Shown piece after piece: positions 58,877 through 64,000 of a DNA stretch of 64,000 nt. This DNA comes from Deferribacterales bacterium. GTDB taxonomy: Bacteria; Chrysiogenota; Deferribacteres; Deferribacterales; Geovibrionaceae. Where the stretch lies: NCBI GenBank assembly GCA_050253075.1, contig JBFWJS010000003.1, positions 277,458 through 341,457 of the forward strand, written 5' to 3'. The notes beneath the pieces were generated by a model. The model had not been told where the DNA came from. It did not search any database and saw nothing but the letters and a program-made list of their open reading frames with translations. Position 1 is the first letter of the stretch; each line of letters begins with the position of its first letter. A program made the translations under genes and the position numbers.

Positions 58877-59845
58877 ATGTATAAATATTTAATATTATTG
58901 GTTATTGCTGTAGTATGTTTTTCCTGTGGGACTCATCAGAAAACTGACACTCTATTACTAAATGCACAAGAAGGAGACGCCTTAGCACAGTACAAAGTTG
59001 GATACAAGTATTACCATGGGAACAATGTAAATCAAAGTTATGCAGAAGCACTTAAGTGGTTTCGTCTAGCTGCTGAACAAGGCCTGAGTGATGCACAAAA
59101 AGATTTGGGATATATGTACACCTATGGACAAGGTGTTGAGAGAGATGTTCATAAGGGAGTAGTATGGTACCAAAAGGCTGCTGAGCAAGGTAACTCCAAT
59201 GCACAGAATAATTTGGGATATGCATATTATTCTGGCAGAGGTGTAGTGCAAAATTTCAGGACTGCGCTTATGTGGTATAAAAAATCAGCTGACCAAGGTA
59301 ATGAAACTGCTCAATTAAGTCTTGGTAATATGCTTTTTAAAGGAGAAGGAGTAGAAAGAAATTACGAAGAAGCATTTAAGTGGTACGAGAAATCTGCTAT
59401 TCAAGGTAATAAAGACGCTCAGGCTAGTTTAGGATTGATGTATTTAAAAGGATACATATCTATGACCGATAAAGCATCACAATACGAAGAAGCTTTTAAA
59501 TGGTTTAAAGCTGCAGCTATGGGCGGTAATGCATATGCTCAAAAATACCTAGGTGACATGTATTATGACGGCTATGGATGTGGTAAGGATCGTACAGAAT
59601 CATTTAAATGGTATAAATTATCGGCCGAGCAAGGCAATAAGGATGCGCAATATAACTTAGGTGGTTTGTATTTAAATGCAATGAATTATCAGGATGCCTA
59701 TACTATGTTTCTTCTATCAAATCTAAATGGTAGGCAGCTTGATTCTTTGGCTGTATATTCAGCCACAAAACACCTGAACGATTATCAAATTAGTGCTGCT
59801 AAACGTAAGGCTAAAGAACTATATAGTACATGGCGTACTAAATAA
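58877..59845 (+). CDS. Sel1-like repeat lipoprotein
   Basis: Lipobox CFSC; multiple A..W...AAEQG...AQ..LG..Y repeats. Confidence 0.9.
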   Translation: MYKYLILLVIAVVCFSCGTHQKTDTLLLNAQEGDALAQYKVGYKYYHGNNVNQSYAEALKWFRLAAEQGLSDAQKDLGYMYTYGQGVERDVHKGVVWYQKAAEQGNSNAQNNLGYAYYSGRGVVQNFRTALMWYKKSADQGNETAQLSLGNMLFKGEGVERNYEEAFKWYEKSAIQGNKDAQASLGLMYLKGYISMTDKASQYEEAFKWFKAAAMGGNAYAQKYLGDMYYDGYGCGKDRTESFKWYKLSAEQGNKDAQYNLGGLYLNAMNYQDAYTMFLLSNLNGRQLDSLAVYSATKHLNDYQISAAKRKAKELYSTWRTK

Positions 59846-59856
59846 GTAGTCGGTTG

Positions 59857-60789
59857 TTACGTTTTAAATTTAAGGTAGTGCTCAGTGATATCAGCTCGTT
59901 CGTGTCCCATCTCCTGGCTGACAATGACTAGCCCCTGCTCATGGACTTTGCCGGATTTCTGGAGTTCCTGCATGCGGTTCTGGGCGAAGTTCCAGCGTAG
60001 ACCGTGTGAGGCGTTGTATGGCTGACATGTTTCTTCTGAAGCTATTTTGAGGTGGTAAAGGTATTTGCCTTTATCAAATTTGAAATTGCCATCTTTTGCC
60101 AATATATCCGAAAGCTCTTTATAGTCTTCAGGATTGATCAGCAGGTCTCTGATTTTTCCGCCTTTACCTTTCACAGTTACACGGCTATCTCCCTTTAAAG
60201 ATGAAGGCATAATGCCGTAGACCTCATCTATGCGTGCTCCGCCAATATATTGAATAGATGCTATTAGCCGATGCGTAGGGTCTTCTAGCTTGGAGATGAG
60301 CTCTTCTGGATTATCGTATGACCTCACACCATCGAACCTCTGGAGAGCTTTATGAGCCTTTTGACGTGCGACTTCTATGGATTCGCCGAAATTGTACTCG
60401 TTACCTGTTTTGTGCGCCTCTGCGTACAGACTTAAAGCCACTGCTAACTTCTCTATGGCTGATGCGTATTGCATAAAAGTCGCATGCTTAACTGAATCAT
60501 CGATTTTTTTCATCAAGAATGATTGCATGTGTTCGCCTGTGAGAACCTCAATGTCTTTGATACCGAAGTGGGCTTTGGCATGCCTGAATGCAGATATCCA
60601 TATCTCACGATAGTCATCAGCGGTAGAGTATGAATATATCCCTGTATTTTGCCCTATGTCGTGCCATGTAACTTTTTGATCTGTGCTGTTTCTGAAGGCT
60701 TCTTTATCAGTGTGCTTTGACTTGCCTATCCTGTTGATTCCTGATGTCTTGAATAATGTCTGAACTTGGTATATTATGCTTCCTCTCAT
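59857..60789 (-). CDS. Tyrosine recombinase/integrase
   Basis: GARIDE, KGKGGK.R, HGLR, MGH.R..IT.HY. Confidence 0.88.
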   Translation of the reverse strand: MRGSIIYQVQTLFKTSGINRIGKSKHTDKEAFRNSTDQKVTWHDIGQNTGIYSYSTADDYREIWISAFRHAKAHFGIKDIEVLTGEHMQSFLMKKIDDSVKHATFMQYASAIEKLAVALSLYAEAHKTGNEYNFGESIEVARQKAHKALQRFDGVRSYDNPEELISKLEDPTHRLIASIQYIGGARIDEVYGIMPSSLKGDSRVTVKGKGGKIRDLLINPEDYKELSDILAKDGNFKFDKGKYLYHLKIASEETCQPYNASHGLRWNFAQNRMQELQKSGKVHEQGLVIVSQEMGHERADITEHYLKFKT

Positions 60790-60919
60790 AAGTGTATAAT
60801 AACATTGTATTGATTTTGATTCAATAATGTATAATATACATTGACGAAAAGTTGATGGTCTATTAGATGTACCATCAGAGAGACCATCTAGGAAACACTT
60901 TGTTAAAGGTTTGGTAAAC

Positions 60920-61432
60920 ATGTATAAATACGATACTGAATATATAAAGGAACTAACGGGAATCAGCACTGCTGAGGCGAATTCTCTTGTGAAATACTAT
61001 TCAAAGCTGCCTGAGAATGTTCGTATCGAGTCGTTTAAACTGCAAACAGACCTGGCCAGACAAAACAAAGACGGGTTTGATAAAGAGAAAGCGTCAGAGT
61101 ATTACTACGGCATGCACCTACTAGCTTTGCGTGCTATGAAGCGTATAGAGACAGCTCAGGCCACAAAAGATTCGCTCACCGAAGAAGAGGCTATGAGGCT
61201 GCATAAGCTTCGCATAGAGCGTATCAAGGCCGGCAGAGGAAAGAAAGATAGCAAGAAAGCAAGGCTTATCAAAGAAACATTATTTCAGGAAATCAAAGAT
61301 ATGCACTTCAACGAGGGATTGTCCTGGAGGGAGATTGCAGACTACTTAGCAAAGTACCGCAAAGTGAGAATTTCTCACGGATACCTGCAACAGAAATTTA
61401 ATGAGGCGATGTTGTATGAGCAGGAAGATTAA
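60920..61432 (+). CDS. Hypothetical protein with C-terminal HTH
   Basis: GLSWREIADYL...ISHGYL; divergent from the recombinase. Confidence 0.6.
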   Translation: MYKYDTEYIKELTGISTAEANSLVKYYSKLPENVRIESFKLQTDLARQNKDGFDKEKASEYYYGMHLLALRAMKRIETAQATKDSLTEEEAMRLHKLRIERIKAGRGKKDSKKARLIKETLFQEIKDMHFNEGLSWREIADYLAKYRKVRISHGYLQQKFNEAMLYEQED

Positions 61433-61527
61433 TTCCTGCTCTTTATTTTGTGTTCAATTACCACGCCTGTGATTGCGATCAAAGCCATTCCGATTGTCAG
61501 CGATACGATAAATGTTCCGTATGTCAT
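61429..61527 (-). CDS. 32-aa single-TM peptide (absent from the ORF track)
   Basis: MTYGTFIVSLTIGMALIAITGVVIEHKIKSRN*; AAGGAG RBS 6 nt upstream. Confidence 0.65.
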   Translation of the reverse strand: MTYGTFIVSLTIGMALIAITGVVIEHKIKSRN

Positions 61528-61530
61528 TTC

Positions 61531-61719
61531 TTACTCCTTATGATTTTTTACTATACCATGTTTTTTAAGGTTTTGCTCTAAGGTCTTCTCCATATCTACA
61601 GCCATCTCTGTAGGATCAATAGGTAGCTCCAGCGTCTTGCAAAGAGCCTGGGCAAGCCTAGACAGGCTATCCAAATTGTTTATTCTTCTTTCAAATTCAA
61701 GTTCTTCAAACGCATTCAT
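61531..61719 (-). CDS. Small hypothetical protein
   Basis: 62 aa; AGGTG RBS; tight operon spacing. Confidence 0.55.
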   Translation of the reverse strand: MNAFEELEFERRINNLDSLSRLAQALCKTLELPIDPTEMAVDMEKTLEQNLKKHGIVKNHKE

Positions 61720-61726
61720 AATTCAC

Positions 61727-61942
61727 CTAGAAATATGAAACTTTCACACAATATATAAAGGCTGCAGCAAGCATAAAACCGACAAAATATGGGATATACT
61801 TTGCCCATGCTGGCGAGAAATCTTCAATCATATTCCCGCAAATAGGGCAATATGTTGCGATTGGTTGTCCGTGTTCGATATGCATTCTTGGTATTATGGA
61901 GCTACCGCATCCCGGACACTGTATTGTTGTTCTGTATGACAT
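61727..61942 (-). CDS. Zinc-ribbon protein with C-terminal TM
   Basis: CPGC...CPICG; GGAGG RBS. Confidence 0.7.
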   Translation of the reverse strand: MSYRTTIQCPGCGSSIIPRMHIEHGQPIATYCPICGNMIEDFSPAWAKYIPYFVGFMLAAAFIYCVKVSYF

Positions 61943-62073
61943 ATAACCTCCTGTATAATATACATTATAGTATATTATACAAATACAAAATACAAGTGAA
62001 AGTTGCTGATTATATTTAAGTTGCCTTTATTCGAGAGCTGTAGCAGACTATATGAAAAGCCTTTGGGGATAAT

Positions 62074-62634
62074 ATGCTGCACTTTAATCTAAGCAAAAAC
62101 ATGTATGAGACTTTGTCGAAAGCTAAGGCAGATATGACTCATAATAAACCAAATAATGCATGGGATTGGCATGCTAAGATTATTAAGTTCGGAAGAGTTA
62201 ATTGCGTCATCGCCGTTGAGGAAGACACAAGATATGCAATATTCCTATGTGACCTCAAAAAGGCTGACTTCAAGATGTTTCACTATGCTTTCATGGATCA
62301 GTTTGAAAATCACATAGTAGACTTGTTTGGAGATACTTCTGTAGAGACGCAGAAGATTATATTTGATCTGGTTCTTCGGCTTAGGGGCAGTTGTTCTTAC
62401 TCAAAGCCAATGTCAAATAGTGTTATTTCCCATATGACACAGATGCAGTATGAGATTGAAGATTTTTGCCATAGAGACCTAGGCGGCTATCTGCCAGCAA
62501 CAAATCATCATTTACTTTCTCTCGGGCATCGCCTTAATGACAATATACGAACTCATAAAAACATAAAGACAGAGTGCATTGTGCCAATAAGAGAGTTTAA
62601 AGCTAAGATATTATCCATGCTCAATATAGACTAA
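62074..62634 (+). CDS. DUF6933-like protein
   Basis: WDWHA.......C.IA.E..TRYAI.L..LKK.D motif. Confidence 0.6.
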   Translation: MLHFNLSKNMYETLSKAKADMTHNKPNNAWDWHAKIIKFGRVNCVIAVEEDTRYAIFLCDLKKADFKMFHYAFMDQFENHIVDLFGDTSVETQKIIFDLVLRLRGSCSYSKPMSNSVISHMTQMQYEIEDFCHRDLGGYLPATNHHLLSLGHRLNDNIRTHKNIKTECIVPIREFKAKILSMLNID

Positions 62635-63551
62635 TTTTTGTTAAAACATATTGCACCCTCAAGGGTTTCGGTAAAGTAGCCTCTAACCGCTCCTGGTGAG
62701 ATGATTTTGATATATGGGAGCCATGGGAGGCAAAGCTTGACGCATTCGATGTGGGACCCAGCCTGAAACTCTATGATGATGTCTCCGTTGTTGTGTTCGT
62801 CAACGATGCTCTGTTCTGGAAAAAATTCCTTTCGACGAATGTAGCCAGCCATCTGCTCTTTCAGCAGACATCTAACTTTTATCTTTTTCTCTGGATCGAA
62901 AAAGATATTATTGGCTTTTGATATCTCTTCATTCAGGACGTCATGCCCCATATCAAAGGACTCCCCAGTAGCTTTAATTTCATCCATTAAGTCGAGGCCA
63001 AATTTGCGGAGAGAGTCTTGTTCGTTAAGTGCAGCCAGGTACCAGAATCCGTCATTATATAAAAGCCGGTAAGGTTTAACTGTGTATGCTTTATCGTTTT
63101 TCTGATAATTGAATGAGATCACTTTTCTTTCTATGATATATTTCTCCAGGAGAGTGAAGTTTTCTGCAATCTTATCAAATCCCACCGAATCGGCCTTCAT
63201 AAATTGTATGACATTTTGTCTATTGGATGCGGATACGATCTTCTTTCTGAGCTTTGACAGCATGCCGGAATATTCGTCCTTCAGAATGTTCTCTGCATAA
63301 TCAAAAAGACCGGAGAGGACTGCCAGCTCATCCTGCTTTAAATAGCTCTCCTGAAGCCCGTAGTGCTCTGTCAGATACCAGTGATGCTTTTCATCGCTGT
63401 AGCATACTCCAGGGAGATAACTCATGTCAGAGAGATATCTCTGGGCAGTACGCAGGCTGACACCTAGTTCATCAGCAACCATGCTTGATGTGACATACCT
63501 ATTCTCATTCAGCAGTTTTATTAGTTTTAAGGCTATATATAGCTTATTCAT
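62631..63551 (-). CDS. HTH-WYL-WCX transcriptional regulator
   Basis: N-terminal HTH (ELGVSLRTAQRY); V.PY.L....GFWYL; W.P.I.I.SP. Confidence 0.9.
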   Translation of the reverse strand: MNKLYIALKLIKLLNENRYVTSSMVADELGVSLRTAQRYLSDMSYLPGVCYSDEKHHWYLTEHYGLQESYLKQDELAVLSGLFDYAENILKDEYSGMLSKLRKKIVSASNRQNVIQFMKADSVGFDKIAENFTLLEKYIIERKVISFNYQKNDKAYTVKPYRLLYNDGFWYLAALNEQDSLRKFGLDLMDEIKATGESFDMGHDVLNEEISKANNIFFDPEKKIKVRCLLKEQMAGYIRRKEFFPEQSIVDEHNNGDIIIEFQAGSHIECVKLCLPWLPYIKIISPGAVRGYFTETLEGAICFNKN

Positions 63552-63558
63552 CAATAGC

Positions 63559-64000
63559 CTACTGTTTTTGTAACATCAGGACATTATTTTCGTTTCTTAT
63601 CTGATTTGAGGTCGCAAGGCAATTAATATTATCTCTTATCCTGTCTGCGATATTCTCAGTAGTTCTGGCAAATCCCAGTAAATTCGAAGTTTTCAAAACA
63701 GCTTCTTCGGAAGGGATAGAGAATGCATTTTGTATGATAAGCTTTAAAGCTTCCATGATTTCTTCGTCACAGATAAATTCAATTTTCTTTTCTTGGTTCT
63801 CCAACCCAGACCTATCTCGAACAATAGGAATTTCCATATTCTGATCCCATACGAAATCATTTCTGAATCTGAAATCGCCATTTTCGCTTCCAACTATGCA
63901 GGCGGAGTATACTGCAGTCTGGATTCTGGATCCTGATTTTTGTATGCCTGCTGATAGGCGAAGCCTTTTGGTGAGTTCATCCACATGTATGGGCGATTCT
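63559..64000 (-). CDS. C-terminal part of a DUF3320-containing protein (probably a DUF4011 helicase/nuclease); starts beyond the window
   Basis: Frame is open to the window edge: ESPIHVDELTKRL...G..KSGSRI and LLGFART motifs. Confidence 0.65.
   Translation of the reverse strand, partial: ESPIHVDELTKRLRLSAGIQKSGSRIQTAVYSACIVGSENGDFRFRNDFVWDQNMEIPIVRDRSGLENQEKKIEFICDEEIMEALKLIIQNAFSIPSEEAVLKTSNLLGFARTTENIADRIRDNINCLATSNQIRNENNVLMLQKQ

Larger units (their letters stand above)
48204..64000. mobile_element. tRNA-integrated genomic (defence) island extending past the window end
   Basis: att fragment, arm-type repeats, abrupt AT enrichment, recombinases and defence cargo. Confidence 0.85.

Overview
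The window has three parts. (1) 1-11100 holds housekeeping and metal-handling genes: MarR, a large acidic lipoprotein, a degenerate histidine kinase, PepSY-TM/DUF4920, glyoxalase, ZntB, TlpA, an RlmI-like methyltransferase and two cyclophilins. It also hides a gene missing from the ORF track at 4504-4767: a MerP/HMA-like protein whose first metal-binding Cys is an in-frame TGA (UxxC) followed by a stem-loop, i.e. a probable selenoprotein. (2) 11121-29584 is a Mo-nitrogenase region: nifA, fdxB-nifZ, divergent draT / draG plus a macro-domain gene, nifHDKT-ENX-DUF269, nifV and nifB-TOBE, with four sigma54 promoters, NifA UAS and IHF sites, and two interleaved GGDEF genes. It is followed by pyk, Fur-boxed DUF2325/DUF2023, a Tat-exported molybdopterin oxidoreductase operon with a PAS-LuxR regulator, a Pot-type ABC transporter with GDPD, and TIGR03546/03545. 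(3) From about 48204 to the window end is an AT-rich genomic island bounded by a duplicated tRNA-Leu 3' end. It carries anti-phage-type cargo (DSR2-like sirtuin, AAA-ATPase plus two HEPN-motif proteins, Fic, WYL regulator, C-terminus of a DUF3320 helicase) and serine and tyrosine recombinases. GTCA...TGAC palindromic repeats are scattered through the intergenic DNA. Gene content suggests an anaerobic Gram-negative diazotroph, possibly Deferribacterales (inference only). All family calls come from motif recognition by eye; no searches were run.
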